A stretch of DNA of 64,000 nt from a virus. Below are positions 8,639 through 18,594 of this stretch, one piece after another; within the stretch, counting starts at the first letter, position 1; every line of letters begins with the position of its first letter. The stretch lies in IMG/VR virus record IMGVR_UViG_3300044733_000695, positions 1 through 64,000 of that record; one strand, given 5' to 3'. The notes beneath the pieces were generated by a model. It was not told the DNA's origin. It did no database searches and saw only the letters and a list, made by a program, of their open reading frames with translations. The position numbers and the translations under genes are program-made.

Positions 8639-9984
8639 GCATTCTTGCTGCAGCCCGTGAAGGGCATGTGCTCATGCAGCTCAACCACGGCGGTGAGCTG
8701 ACTGATGTAGATGCCCTGCTTGCGCGTATCAGAAGCGACCTGCACCCCGGCCAGCTTGCGTTTGTCGATGACACCGCAACGCAGATCCTTGGCATCAGCG
8801 CGGGGTATGGCGCTGGCAAGACCAGGGCGCTATGCGCCAAAGCGGTGATGCTGGCGGCGGTCAATCAGGGCTTTATCGGCTGCGTCATGGAGCCGACCGG
8901 ACCGCTGATCCGCGACATCTGGCAGACGGACTTCGAGGCGTTTCTAGAGGCGTACGACATCCCGTACACCTTCAGGGCTAGCCCGCTGCCGGAGTACATG
9001 CTGCACCTGCCGGGCGGTGACACCAAGATCCTGTGCCGCAGCTTTGAGAACTGGAGCCGCATCATCGGTTTAAACCTTGCCTGGGTGCTGGCTGATGAGA
9101 TTGATACGGTGACGCCCAGCATTGCTAATAAGGCATTCCCCAAAATCCTTGGCCGACTCCGCAGCGGCAATGTCCGGCAGTTTGGCGCGGCATCGACGCC
9201 AGAGGGCTTCCGGTGGATGTGGAACACCTTCGGCAGCGACGAGGCCAAGGCAAGGCCTGACCGGCATCTGATCAAGATGCGCACCGTTGACAATCCGCAC
9301 CTACCACCGGATTTCATCGAGCGGCTGGAAGCCAACTACGACCCAAGCCTGCTGCGGGCGTACCTAGACGGAGAGTTTGTCAACCTGACAACCGGGCAGG
9401 TCTATGACCGTTTCGACCGGGCGAAGCATGTGGTCAGCGAGCTGCCGGATACTGACCGCGAACCCCTAAGGGTTGGCGTTGACTTTAACGTTGGCAACAT
9501 GTCGGCGGTGATCGCTATCAGGATTGGCAGCAGCCTGCTGGTGATTGATGAGATCAGCGGCGCCCACGACACCGACGCACTGGCGCAGGAGGTGATCAGG
9601 CGCTACCCCGATAGGCGGATGTACGCCTACCCAGATGCCAGCGGCGGCAACCGCAGCACCAACGCAAGCCAGACCGATGTGCAGATCCTTGAGAGCTATG
9701 GCATGTCCAACCAGTCACCGCGAGCAAATCCTCCCGTTCGTGATCGGGTGGCTGCTGTTCAGGCTTTGCTGGAAAACGGCAAAGGGCAGGTCAGGTTGCA
9801 GGTGTCAGAAACTTGCAAGCGGGTCATCGAATGCTTAGAGCTGCAGTGCTACACCGACAAGGGCGAGCCGGACAAGGACGCGGGCTTTGACCACATGAAC
9901 GACGCGCTCGGCTACCTGGTGTGGCGCGAGTTCAACCCGCTGCACGCTGGCGCTGGCCGGAGCACGGGCATTCGGCTTTACTAG
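8635..9984 (+). CDS. terL: Terminase large subunit
   Basis: AGYGAGKT Walker A, LADE Walker B, STPEG, GVDFN and DHMNDALGY nuclease motifs. Confidence 0.93.
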   Translation: MSILAAAREGHVLMQLNHGGELTDVDALLARIRSDLHPGQLAFVDDTATQILGISAGYGAGKTRALCAKAVMLAAVNQGFIGCVMEPTGPLIRDIWQTDFEAFLEAYDIPYTFRASPLPEYMLHLPGGDTKILCRSFENWSRIIGLNLAWVLADEIDTVTPSIANKAFPKILGRLRSGNVRQFGAASTPEGFRWMWNTFGSDEAKARPDRHLIKMRTVDNPHLPPDFIERLEANYDPSLLRAYLDGEFVNLTTGQVYDRFDRAKHVVSELPDTDREPLRVGVDFNVGNMSAVIAIRIGSSLLVIDEISGAHDTDALAQEVIRRYPDRRMYAYPDASGGNRSTNASQTDVQILESYGMSNQSPRANPPVRDRVAAVQALLENGKGQVRLQVSETCKRVIECLELQCYTDKGEPDKDAGFDHMNDALGYLVWREFNPLHAGAGRSTGIRLY

Positions 9985-9986
9985 GG

Positions 9987-10015
9987 TTGACCACGGCGGC
10001 AAACGCTGGTATCTT
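9987..10015 (+). promoter_or_regulatory. Sigma70-like promoter
   Basis: TTGACC-17-TATCTT with TGn extension; first 15 nt identical to the promoter at 40494..40508 (-). Confidence 0.7.
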
Positions 10016-10055
10016 TTGCTCACGGCCAGTCGGCCGCCCACCTACCATCCCAACC

Positions 10056-10199
10056 ATGACCACCAACCCCTGGCTCAATCGCTTTGCAGCCCTGACGCTG
10101 CTGTTCATGATGTACGGCGTTGGCATCAGCGTCGGCCGTGACCAGGCCGTGCAAGCGCATCACAACCACCCGGCCTGCCATCAGGGGCTGAAGCCGTAA
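10056..10199 (+). CDS. 47-aa membrane peptide (moron-like)
   Basis: MTTNPWLNRFAALTLLFMMYGVGISVGRDQ...; same-length homolog at 44278..44421. Confidence 0.75.
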   Translation: MTTNPWLNRFAALTLLFMMYGVGISVGRDQAVQAHHNHPACHQGLKP

Positions 10200-10228
10200 A
10201 CTGACATCATTGTCAGCAGTTAGCGGTC

Positions 10229-11668
10229 GTGTATACAGGCTTTAATGCGTATGACCGGCCGCTAGCGCAGCGCACCGTATCGAAGGTCAATGACCCTAAT
10301 ACAAGCTGGTACGCGCAAGAGCCACACTGGATCCTGATCGAGGATCTGCTGCAGGGCACCTACGGCATGCGCAAGAAGCATCGCCGTTACCTGCCGCAAG
10401 AACCACGCGAGCTAGACGAGTCCTACGACAACCGCCTAGCTCGTAGCGTCTGCCCGCCGTATTACATCCGCCTAGAGCGCATGTTGGCCGGCATGCTGAC
10501 CCGCAAGCCCGTCCGACTGGATGACACCGCCGACGCAATCCGCGAGCAACTATTCGACGTAGACCTGCAAGGCAATGACCTCAATGTCTGGACCTATGAA
10601 GCAGCCCGCAAAATGGTCCGTTATGGCCACATTGGTACATTGGTGGATGCACCGGCTAATGGGGGTCGACCCTATTGGGTGACCTACACGCCCCGGCAGA
10701 TCCTTGGCTGGCGCACCGAGACGCAAGAGGGCAAGCAAGTGCTGACCCAGTTGCGGCTATCGGAAGTGGTCACAGTGCCAGATGGCGAGTTTGGCGAGAA
10801 AGCCGTCGAGCAGGTTCGTGTCCTAACGCCTGGCGAGTACCGCATCCACCGCAAGCAGGACAGCGGTGAGTTCACCGTTGTCGATGAAGGCCGCACCAGC
10901 CTTAGCCAAATCCCGTTCAGCATTGCCTACGCGCAACGGCATGGTTTTATGGAGTCGCGCCCGCCGCTGGAAGACATCGCAGAGCTGAACCTAAAGACCT
11001 ATCAGATCCAGTCAGACCTCGACAATATCCTCCATGTCTCAGCGGTGCCCATGCTGGCGCTGTTCGGCTTCCCGTCAAGCGCTGAGGAAGTATCAGCCGG
11101 ACCCGGCGAGGCGATTGCATTTCCTGCTGAAGGCCGCGCTGAGTACATCGAACCAGCAGGCCGCAGCTTCGAGGCGCAGTTCCGCCGGCTTGAGCAGCTT
11201 GCGTTGCAGATCAATGAGCTTGGCCTGTCCGCAGTGCTAGGTCAGAAGCTGAGCGCCGAGACCGCTGAGGCAAAGCGCATTGACCGCAGCCAAGGCGACA
11301 GCACCATGATGGTGATTGCGCAAAACATGCAGGACATGATCGACAACTGCCTGCAGTTTCACGCGCAGTACCTCGGCAATGCCACTGCCGCCGGCAGCGC
11401 CTACGTCAACCGTGACTTCCTCGGCGCACGCCTTGAACCGCAGGACATCGCCGCGCTGCTGTCGCTGTACACCGCTGGCACCATCTCGCAGGAGACATTG
11501 CTCCGCGAGCTTGCGGAAGGCGACGTGTTGGGCGATAACTTTGATGTGGACGAGGAGCTGGAGGCCACATCCAATGCGGGGCTTGACCTATCGGATGCTG
11601 GACGTCCTGACAGACTGGTTGATAGCAGTGATGATCTGGGTGGAGCCGAAGAAACCGAGGAAACCTGA
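10229..11668 (+). CDS. Portal protein (DUF4055-like)
   Basis: YLPQEPRE..ESYDNRL, QSDLDNILH; size and position after terL. Confidence 0.88.
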   Translation: MYTGFNAYDRPLAQRTVSKVNDPNTSWYAQEPHWILIEDLLQGTYGMRKKHRRYLPQEPRELDESYDNRLARSVCPPYYIRLERMLAGMLTRKPVRLDDTADAIREQLFDVDLQGNDLNVWTYEAARKMVRYGHIGTLVDAPANGGRPYWVTYTPRQILGWRTETQEGKQVLTQLRLSEVVTVPDGEFGEKAVEQVRVLTPGEYRIHRKQDSGEFTVVDEGRTSLSQIPFSIAYAQRHGFMESRPPLEDIAELNLKTYQIQSDLDNILHVSAVPMLALFGFPSSAEEVSAGPGEAIAFPAEGRAEYIEPAGRSFEAQFRRLEQLALQINELGLSAVLGQKLSAETAEAKRIDRSQGDSTMMVIAQNMQDMIDNCLQFHAQYLGNATAAGSAYVNRDFLGARLEPQDIAALLSLYTAGTISQETLLRELAEGDVLGDNFDVDEELEATSNAGLDLSDAGRPDRLVDSSDDLGGAEETEET

Positions 11669-11891
11669 AATTGATTACACCATGTGCGAGCTGCCGGATA
11701 ACATCCTGGCCATTGTGCGCATGAAGTATTACAAAGGCGGCAAGGCTGATGAGGTAGACCAAGTGGTGCTGTACGAGGACGGCCAAAATGGCTATGAGGC
11801 CTTTGCGGCAGCGGTTAACGGCGCCCTTGCCCGTGGTGCTGATGTAAGCATCAGGTCGCAGTACCGCCCCGATCAGCTAGGCATCATCTAA
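11595..11891 (+). CDS. Hypothetical protein (start uncertain)
   Basis: Fills the gap between portal and minor head genes. Confidence 0.5.
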   Translation: MLDVLTDWLIAVMIWVEPKKPRKPEIDYTMCELPDNILAIVRMKYYKGGKADEVDQVVLYEDGQNGYEAFAAAVNGALARGADVSIRSQYRPDQLGII

Positions 11892-13114
11892 TGTCAACAC
11901 CAGAATCGCTATACCGCAACGCCATTGACCTAAACAGGTTCAGCAATAGCGTTGGCCGGCGCATCATCAATGCCTATAACGACATCATCATTGATGCGGT
12001 CAATCAGCTCCGCACTATTGATGAGCTAGCCGCTCCGGTCAAGGCTGCCAGACTGCGGGCGATCCTTGCGCAGCTAAAGGACAGCCTTGCAACCTGGGCT
12101 GGTGACGCAACCGAAATAACCGCAACCGAGCTGCAGGGCATCGCGCAGTTGCAGTCTGAGTTTGTGGCCGATCAGTTGCAACGTGCATTGCCTGCTGGTG
12201 CCCGTGATGCAGTACGCACCGTGGAGATCAGCCCGCAGTTTGCGCAGTCGGTGGTCACAACTGACCCAACCCAAATCAACGTGGTGGCGCTTAGTGATGA
12301 CCTGTTCGCCGCAGTGCAGGGCGCACCGGCAACTTTCAGCCTGACCGCTGCCCAAGGTGCCACGATCACGTTGCCCAATGGCGAGGTGGTCAGCAAGGCG
12401 TTCCGTGGCATTGCCGTTGATCAAGCCGAGCGGTTCTCGCAGGTCGTCCGCCAAGGACTGCTGACCGGCGAGCCGACTCCTGCTATTGCTAAGCGGCTGA
12501 TCGGCAGCCTGCAGTTTGGCGAGGAGGCCAAAACCGTCAAGCAGCTTATCGCCGCAGGCGGGCAGGCAACAGCCGTAGCCGACAATCAAGTCATCGCCCT
12601 CGTTCGCACGAGCATCAATCAAGTGGCCAATACCGCCAGCCAGCAGGTGTACGAGGCGAACCAGGACATCACACCGCGTTATCGGTACGTCGCTACGCTT
12701 GACACCCGCACCAGCGCGATCTGCCGGGCGCTGGATGGCCAAGAGTTTGAATACGGCAAGGGTCCAACGCCGCCGCAGCACTTCAACTGTCGCAGCACGA
12801 CCGTTCCGGTGATCGATTATGACGCCTTAGGCTTTGCCCCGCCGCCGCCGAGTAAACGCGCTGCAGCAGGCGGCATGGTGCCGGCAAACGTTAGTTACGG
12901 AGAATGGCTAAAGGCAAAGCGGCCAGGAGAAACGGACGCCGATCTACTAGCTCGCCAAGCAACCGCGCTTGGCGCGGGCAAAGTCCCTTATTTTCGCAAG
13001 CTGTCTGAAAAGTATGGACCGCAAAACGCACTCGCCAAGCTGGTCCGCGACGATGGGTCAGAGCTAACCTTGGATCAGTTGCGGGCTCGATACGGTGCCG
13101 TTAAAGCGCGGTAA
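11891..13114 (+). CDS. Minor head morphogenesis protein (SPP1 gp7/MuF-like)
   Basis: ATLDTRTSAICRALDG, PPQHFNCRS. Confidence 0.9.
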   Translation: MSTPESLYRNAIDLNRFSNSVGRRIINAYNDIIIDAVNQLRTIDELAAPVKAARLRAILAQLKDSLATWAGDATEITATELQGIAQLQSEFVADQLQRALPAGARDAVRTVEISPQFAQSVVTTDPTQINVVALSDDLFAAVQGAPATFSLTAAQGATITLPNGEVVSKAFRGIAVDQAERFSQVVRQGLLTGEPTPAIAKRLIGSLQFGEEAKTVKQLIAAGGQATAVADNQVIALVRTSINQVANTASQQVYEANQDITPRYRYVATLDTRTSAICRALDGQEFEYGKGPTPPQHFNCRSTTVPVIDYDALGFAPPPPSKRAAAGGMVPANVSYGEWLKAKRPGETDADLLARQATALGAGKVPYFRKLSEKYGPQNALAKLVRDDGSELTLDQLRARYGAVKAR

Positions 13115-13238
13115 GTCTCAGGAGGTCATCTCGGAGAACATCCGCCGCGAGATCAAGGCCGGCAAAACGCCAGCCCAAGCGGCAGCCATCGCGTACGCAA
13201 AAGCCGGCAAAAGCCGCAAACGTAAACCCAAGCGCTAA
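13095..13238 (+). CDS. Small basic protein (47 aa)
   Basis: MPLKRGKSQEVISENIRREIKAGKTPAQAAAIAYAKAGKSRKRKPKR. Confidence 0.65.
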   Translation: MPLKRGKSQEVISENIRREIKAGKTPAQAAAIAYAKAGKSRKRKPKR

Positions 13239-13307
13239 GGCCATGCCTAAGTACACCGGACCAGCCAAGCCTCAAAAGCCCATGCCTAAGAAAGGAGGCA
13301 AGAAAAA

Positions 13308-13529
13308 GTGAAACGCGGCGACCGTGTTAGCTGGAACTACCAAGGCACGCGCACCTTTGGTGTGATCACCAGCATTGGCGGCGAACGGGCGACCATACCA
13401 ACGCAAGGCGGTGGCAGCGTCACCCGCGTTGGCAGCATGGATGATCCAATCGTTCGGATCAAATCCGAGTCAACCGGCAACGCGGTCATCAAAAAGCGGT
13501 CAGAGCTGAAACCTGCACCACGGCGATGA
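13308..13529 (+). CDS. Small Tudor/SH3-like protein (DUF2945-like)
   Basis: KRGDRVSW...TRVGSMDDP..IKSESTG. Confidence 0.65.
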   Translation: MKRGDRVSWNYQGTRTFGVITSIGGERATIPTQGGGSVTRVGSMDDPIVRIKSESTGNAVIKKRSELKPAPRR

Positions 13530-13798
13530 TTACCTATCGCGGCGAGCAGTTCGAGGGTTACAACAAACCCAAGCGGACGCCTAAGCATCCGACCAAATCG
13601 CACGCGGTACTGGCCAAGGATGGCGAAACCGTCAAGTTGATCAGGTTCGGCCAGCAGGGGGTATCTGGCTCACCACCACGAACAGGAGAAACAGCAGCAG
13701 CGAAGGCCAGACGGGCATCATTTAAAGCAAGGCACGCCAGTAACATTGCTCGTGGGAAGATGTCACCGGCTTATTGGGCGGACAAGGTGAAATGGTAG
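13526..13798 (+). CDS. Conserved basic phage protein
   Basis: KLIRFGQQG...RRASFKARH...AYWADKVKW. Confidence 0.7.
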   Translation: MITYRGEQFEGYNKPKRTPKHPTKSHAVLAKDGETVKLIRFGQQGVSGSPPRTGETAAAKARRASFKARHASNIARGKMSPAYWADKVKW

Positions 13799-13985
13799 CC
13801 CGCTCCTGCTGGTGTATCCAGTCCTTTAGCTCAGTGATGTACTGCCGCAACTCATGCGCCTTTGCGGCGTGCCAGCCGTTGCCAGTTTTGCGGTACAGGT
13901 GCTCATGCCGGTCGATCGCATCTAGCGCCTGCTTGATCAGTGCATTCCACGGGCCGCGTATTGGTGTATCCCATTCGCGTGCCAT
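13722..13985 (-). CDS. Hypothetical protein, antisense within the head operon
   Basis: MAREWDTPIRGPWN...AIDRH...LKDWI, homologous to 41477..41662. Confidence 0.7.
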   Translation of the reverse strand: MAREWDTPIRGPWNALIKQALDAIDRHEHLYRKTGNGWHAAKAHELRQYITELKDWIHQQERATISPCPPNKPVTSSHEQCYWRALL

Positions 13986-14035
13986 TATCGGCATAGCTGG
14001 TACGATGACAGCGTAATTAAGCCTGCGGCTTATCC

Positions 14036-14716
14036 ATGTCCGATGAAACACAAACCCAGGAGCCTGCGGCTACCGGGGGTGACAATAACGACGCATTGCA
14101 ACGCAGTGTGGAAGCGCTTGAGCGCAAAAATAAAGAGCTGATTGCAGAATTGCGTGCTGCCAAAAAGGCGCCAGCATTGCCTGATGGGGTTGATGTCAAT
14201 GAGCTATTGGAGTTCAAGCGCAACCACGAGCAACAGCAGCTTGAATCGCAAGGCAAGTATCAAGAGGCGCGACAAGCTCTGGAGCAGCAGTTCCGTGAGG
14301 CGACGGCGGAAAAGGACCAGCGCATTGCCGCACTGGAAAGCCGCGTCCGCGAGTTGGAACTGGTCACGCCAGCAGTAACAGCACTGGCTGACATCGTGCA
14401 TGACCCCGACCTGGTGCTAAAGACCAAGCTGAGCGCTGATCAGATTGAACGCGACCCTGACGGCACCGTGGTAGTGGTTGATGGCTACCAGCGCACGCCA
14501 GTCAGCGAGTGGGCAAAGACGCTGCCGGCATGGATGCAAAAGCAACCCAAGCCGCAGGGCAGCGGCGCACCATCAGCCGGTGCTAGCACTGGCGGCATCC
14601 CAGCGGGCATGGCAAACCCATTCAGCCGCGATAGCTTCAATCTGACTGAACAGGCGCGACTGTTCCGCACTGATCGTGATTTGTACGATCGCATGAAAGC
14701 AGCAGCTAACCGTTAA
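14036..14716 (+). CDS. Capsid scaffolding protein
   Basis: Coiled-coil, NPF..FNLTEQ C-terminus, upstream of capsid gene. Confidence 0.8.
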   Translation: MSDETQTQEPAATGGDNNDALQRSVEALERKNKELIAELRAAKKAPALPDGVDVNELLEFKRNHEQQQLESQGKYQEARQALEQQFREATAEKDQRIAALESRVRELELVTPAVTALADIVHDPDLVLKTKLSADQIERDPDGTVVVVDGYQRTPVSEWAKTLPAWMQKQPKPQGSGAPSAGASTGGIPAGMANPFSRDSFNLTEQARLFRTDRDLYDRMKAAANR

Positions 14717-14787
14717 GCTATTGCCAACCGGCTGCGCTGGTGCTTTGGGCTGCGCCCACACCGTAAACCATTCCCCCGAGATGAATC

Positions 14788-15813
14788 ATGGCGACTCTTC
14801 GCTCTGACATCATCATCCCAGAGGTTTTTACGCCTTACGTCATTGAGCAAACCACGCAGCGTGATGCCTTCCTGGCTAGCGGTGTGGTGCAGCCTCTGGC
14901 GGAGCTGAATGCAACTGAGGGTGGTGACTTTATCAACGTCCCCTTCTGGAAAGCCAACCTTTCCGGTGACTTCGAGGTGCTGACCGACAGCAGCTCGCTG
15001 ACCCCCGGCAAGATCACTGCTGACAAGCAGGTCGGCGTCATCCTGCACCGTGGCCGTGCTTTTGAGGCTCGTGACCTGGCAGCCCTGGCTGCTGGTGCCG
15101 ATCCCATGGCCGCCATCGGCGCCAAGATCGCTGACTACGTTGCCAACCAGCGCCAAAAGGACCTGCTGTCCTGCCTGGCCGGCGTGTTCGGCGCCCTGGG
15201 CAATAATGCGACTGCTCCCTTTGTGGACCTGTCGATCGACGGCCTGACCGCTGACACCCCGACTGTTCTGAGCCCCCGTCACGTTGCCGAAGCCCGCAGC
15301 CTGCTGGGCGACCAAGGCGACAAGCTGACTGCCATCTGCATGCACTCCAAGGTCTACTACGACCTGGTTGAGCGTCGTGCTATTGATTACGTCAGCACTG
15401 CCGAAGCCCGTGGCAGCACCACCACCCAGTCGGGCGGTTCGATGGTTGCTGCTTACGGCGGCGAAGTGAACGTGCCGACCTACATGGGTCTGCGCGTGAT
15501 CGTGTCTGACGATGTGCAGACCGACGGCAGCGGCGCCAGCACCGAGTACGCCACCTACTTCTTCACCCAGGGCGCTGTTGCCTCCGGCGAACAGCTTGCA
15601 ATGCAGACTGAAACCGACCGTGACATCCTCGCCAAGAGCGATGCCATGTCGATCGACCTGCACTACTGCTACCACCCTGTTGGCGCTAAATGGGGCGTCA
15701 CCACGGTCAACCCGACCCGCGCTCAACTGGAGACCATCACAAACTGGTCGAAGGTGTACGAGACCAAGAACATTGGTATCGTCCGCGCCACCAACACCTC
15801 TAACTTCGATTGA
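14788..15813 (+). CDS. Major capsid protein
   Basis: DIIIPEVFTPY...INVPFW..LSGD...ETDRDIL; strongly biased codons; position. Confidence 0.9.
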   Translation: MATLRSDIIIPEVFTPYVIEQTTQRDAFLASGVVQPLAELNATEGGDFINVPFWKANLSGDFEVLTDSSSLTPGKITADKQVGVILHRGRAFEARDLAALAAGADPMAAIGAKIADYVANQRQKDLLSCLAGVFGALGNNATAPFVDLSIDGLTADTPTVLSPRHVAEARSLLGDQGDKLTAICMHSKVYYDLVERRAIDYVSTAEARGSTTTQSGGSMVAAYGGEVNVPTYMGLRVIVSDDVQTDGSGASTEYATYFFTQGAVASGEQLAMQTETDRDILAKSDAMSIDLHYCYHPVGAKWGVTTVNPTRAQLETITNWSKVYETKNIGIVRATNTSNFD

Positions 15814-15824
15814 GGTAACTAACC

Positions 15825-16244
15825 ATGGCACAACCTTCCCAGTTTGAACTGTCCACAGAGCAGTACATCGTTGCTGACCACTACATCGCCTCCTCGGTGG
15901 CTGATGTGCAGTTCTTCACCGCTCCGGTGAAGTGCGAAGTGGTCAGCATCCGCGAGGTGCATGCAGTCGCTGGCAATGATGGCTCTGATGTGACCGGCAC
16001 GATTCGTCGTTGCCAAGGCACCGAAGCTGCCACCGCTGGCGATGACCTGCTAGGCGCCACCAAGATCAACCTCAAGGGCACTGCTCTGACTGAGCAGAAG
16101 TTCGATGCTGCTGATTCTGGTGAGCTGACCAGCACCACCGCCAACCTGACCCTGGAGGCTGGCGACCGTCTGTCTCTGGACGTGACCGGCACCACCACCA
16201 CCCTGGCTGGTGTGATCCTTAGCGTGCTGCTGAAGCGCGTCTGA
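15825..16244 (+). CDS. Putative head decoration protein
   Basis: Beta-rich 139 aa directly after the capsid gene. Confidence 0.55.
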   Translation: MAQPSQFELSTEQYIVADHYIASSVADVQFFTAPVKCEVVSIREVHAVAGNDGSDVTGTIRRCQGTEAATAGDDLLGATKINLKGTALTEQKFDAADSGELTSTTANLTLEAGDRLSLDVTGTTTTLAGVILSVLLKRV

Positions 16245-16355
16245 TGGGTCTGTTCGCTTTCCGGCGACTGCGTGAAAAGGAGGCTGCTGCTAACGCGGCG
16301 GCCTCTCTTTCTATGCCAGAGCCAACTCCTACACTGACCCCAGAGGTCCAGACCG

Positions 16356-16919
16356 ATGGCAGTAGTAATCGACGCAACAGTGGGCGGCGCAAACGCCAAC
16401 AGCTACCTGACGCTGGCTGACGCTACCGCCATCATTGATGGCTTTGTCGAGAATCCAGACGTGCAGCACTGGAACAGCGGCAACACTGATAGCCGCAACC
16501 GGGCGCTGTTTACCGCAACGCAACGGCTAGACCGTGAGCGGTTTCTTGGCGCACGGGCGACTGATACCCAAGCGCTGCAGTGGCCACGCACTGGCGTGCG
16601 CAAGCCTGACACCTATATCAATACCTACGCGGTTGGGTTCCCGTTCCGCATAACGACGGACTATTTCACCGACACCGAGATCCCGACGCAGATCAAGTAT
16701 GCGCAGGTGTTGCTGGCGGTCTATCTGCACAACAACACCAGCGGCCTTGACCTGAGCGGCCTTGAGGATTACAAAAACGTCAAGATCGGCAGCCTTGACG
16801 TGACGCCTAACCTTGGCTATGGCGCTGTTGGCGCCGACCGCGTGCCGCCGTTGATGGAAAGATACCTGACTGGGCTTAGAATCAGTGGACCAGGCAACGT
16901 TTCCATCCGCCGGAGCTGA
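16356..16919 (+). CDS. Head-tail adaptor (DnaT-like family)
   Basis: ANSYLTLADA, QALQWPR, IPTQIKYAQ. Confidence 0.8.
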   Translation: MAVVIDATVGGANANSYLTLADATAIIDGFVENPDVQHWNSGNTDSRNRALFTATQRLDRERFLGARATDTQALQWPRTGVRKPDTYINTYAVGFPFRITTDYFTDTEIPTQIKYAQVLLAVYLHNNTSGLDLSGLEDYKNVKIGSLDVTPNLGYGAVGADRVPPLMERYLTGLRISGPGNVSIRRS

Positions 16920-16921
16920 TC

Positions 16922-17152
16922 ATGGGTTACAAGTACCCCGGTGCTGAATACATCAGCGACACTGTTGCTCACACTGGCCGCTTCGGCAAGATTGTATCGC
17001 TTGAGGCCAGCACTGTGATTAGCAGCCTGACCGCACTGGACTACACCGGCAACGCACTGACCTCAGTGGTGCTGGACCCTAGCTGCGAGCTGGAAGGTGT
17101 GTTTACCAGCATCACACTGGCAACTGGTTCCGTCGTCGCTTATCGCCTCTGA
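16922..17152 (+). CDS. Hypothetical virion protein
   Basis: Tightly packed ORF in the neck region. Confidence 0.6.
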   Translation: MGYKYPGAEYISDTVAHTGRFGKIVSLEASTVISSLTALDYTGNALTSVVLDPSCELEGVFTSITLATGSVVAYRL

Positions 17153-17511
17153 TGGCGCTTGCTGATTCGCTGCGATCAGTCGCCAGCAAAGTGATGGCAA
17201 GGTTTGGCGGCGATGTGACGATTCGCATCGTGACGCCTGGGACCTACAACACCACTACTGGCGCCATCACCGAGTCAGTTTCTGACACCGGCATCAAGGG
17301 CGTGCTTGAAGATGTCAGCGTGCGCGAGGTCAACGAACTGGTACAGGCAGGCGATAAACGGTTGATCGTGGCTGCGTTGGACCTAAATGGCACAGTGCCT
17401 GACACGGTTGACCGTGTGGTGATCAACAGCATCAGCCATCAAATCATTCGCGTTGACACGATCGAGCAGGACAACACCGCGATCACTTACGAACTGATCC
17501 TGAGGGCATAA
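17152..17511 (+). CDS. Head closure protein
   Basis: GTYNTTTG, VQAGDKRL; position. Confidence 0.7.
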   Translation: MALADSLRSVASKVMARFGGDVTIRIVTPGTYNTTTGAITESVSDTGIKGVLEDVSVREVNELVQAGDKRLIVAALDLNGTVPDTVDRVVINSISHQIIRVDTIEQDNTAITYELILRA

Positions 17512-17513
17512 CG

Positions 17514-17954
17514 ATGGCACGCCGCATTAACCTAGCCGACATCGGCAACTACAGTTTGCAAAAGTATGAGCAGTTGCTGCGTATCACGGTACTAGAAACT
17601 GACAGACGGCTTAAAGAGGCTAGTCCGGTTGATACCGGCAGATTGCGCCTTGCGTGGTCCATCAGCGAGCAAGGCACGCCCGGCTACGACCCTGGCCCGC
17701 AAAGTGGTGTTGCTGGCATTGCACCACCACGTCGGCTTGACTATCAAGTTGAGCGGGCAGGCAATGTGTACCACATCCATAACAGCTTGCCCTACACCGA
17801 GCCTGTGCTGTATGGCAACAATCTGCCAGCATCATGGCAAGGGCAGTGGCGATCCAAGAACAATCAAATCACCAAGGGATACCCGGACATCATCGCCCGC
17901 GAGATGACCGCATGGGCGCGGCAGCAAGCTGACCGCATCGGGAGGCAAGACTAA
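17514..17954 (+). CDS. Tail completion protein (HK97 gp10-like)
   Basis: SPVDTGRLR.AW, NSLPY. Confidence 0.8.
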   Translation: MARRINLADIGNYSLQKYEQLLRITVLETDRRLKEASPVDTGRLRLAWSISEQGTPGYDPGPQSGVAGIAPPRRLDYQVERAGNVYHIHNSLPYTEPVLYGNNLPASWQGQWRSKNNQITKGYPDIIAREMTAWARQQADRIGRQD

Positions 17955-18592
17955 TGGCAGCTGTCAACCTAAACACCGTTCGCGCCACCATTGAGGCACG
18001 ATTAACGGCTGAGCTGACCAGCCTCACGACGACATACACTCAAACCGGCACTGTCGTTACGATCAACGCCACTGCGCACGGTTACTACGTCGGCCAGTCG
18101 CTGACGTTGGACTACACATCTGGCGGCGGCGTTGACGGCACGTTCACTGTGGTCACCACAGCAACCAACTCTTTTACCGTGACTGCTGCCGGTGCGTTGA
18201 CAACCAGCGGAAATGTTACAGTGGTTAGCTCGCTGGGCAGCACCTTGCCGGTTGTCTTCCACAACCAGCCGTACATCCCAACGCCCGGTAGCTCATGGGT
18301 GCAGTGCCTGGTCAGCTTTGGCAACAACAACTACCTGACCATGGGCGGCACCACTGGCAGCAGCAACAGCGTCATTGGCGCCATCGTGGTCAATATCTTT
18401 ACCGCTAAGGGCGTTGGCCCTGGCGCTAACTACACAATTGGTAAACGCATCAGAGACCTTTACAATAGACAAGTAATCAGCGGCGTCCATTTTGACCCGC
18501 CCACTGGCCCAGAGGTGGTGGCTGCGCCAGCTCCTGAGGGTTACTTCCAAGCACAGGTCAGAATGACCTTTGAAACCTTCGAGGATCTCTAG
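17954..18592 (+). CDS. Tail terminator with an inserted Thr-rich beta domain
   Basis: VVFHNQP...VNIFTAKGVG; position before the tail tube genes. Confidence 0.7.
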   Translation: MAAVNLNTVRATIEARLTAELTSLTTTYTQTGTVVTINATAHGYYVGQSLTLDYTSGGGVDGTFTVVTTATNSFTVTAAGALTTSGNVTVVSSLGSTLPVVFHNQPYIPTPGSSWVQCLVSFGNNNYLTMGGTTGSSNSVIGAIVVNIFTAKGVGPGANYTIGKRIRDLYNRQVISGVHFDPPTGPEVVAAPAPEGYFQAQVRMTFETFEDL

Positions 18593-18594
18593 CC

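Noticed and set aside
14713-15831. 372-aa minus-strand ORF
   Set aside because: Antisense shadow of the codon-biased capsid gene
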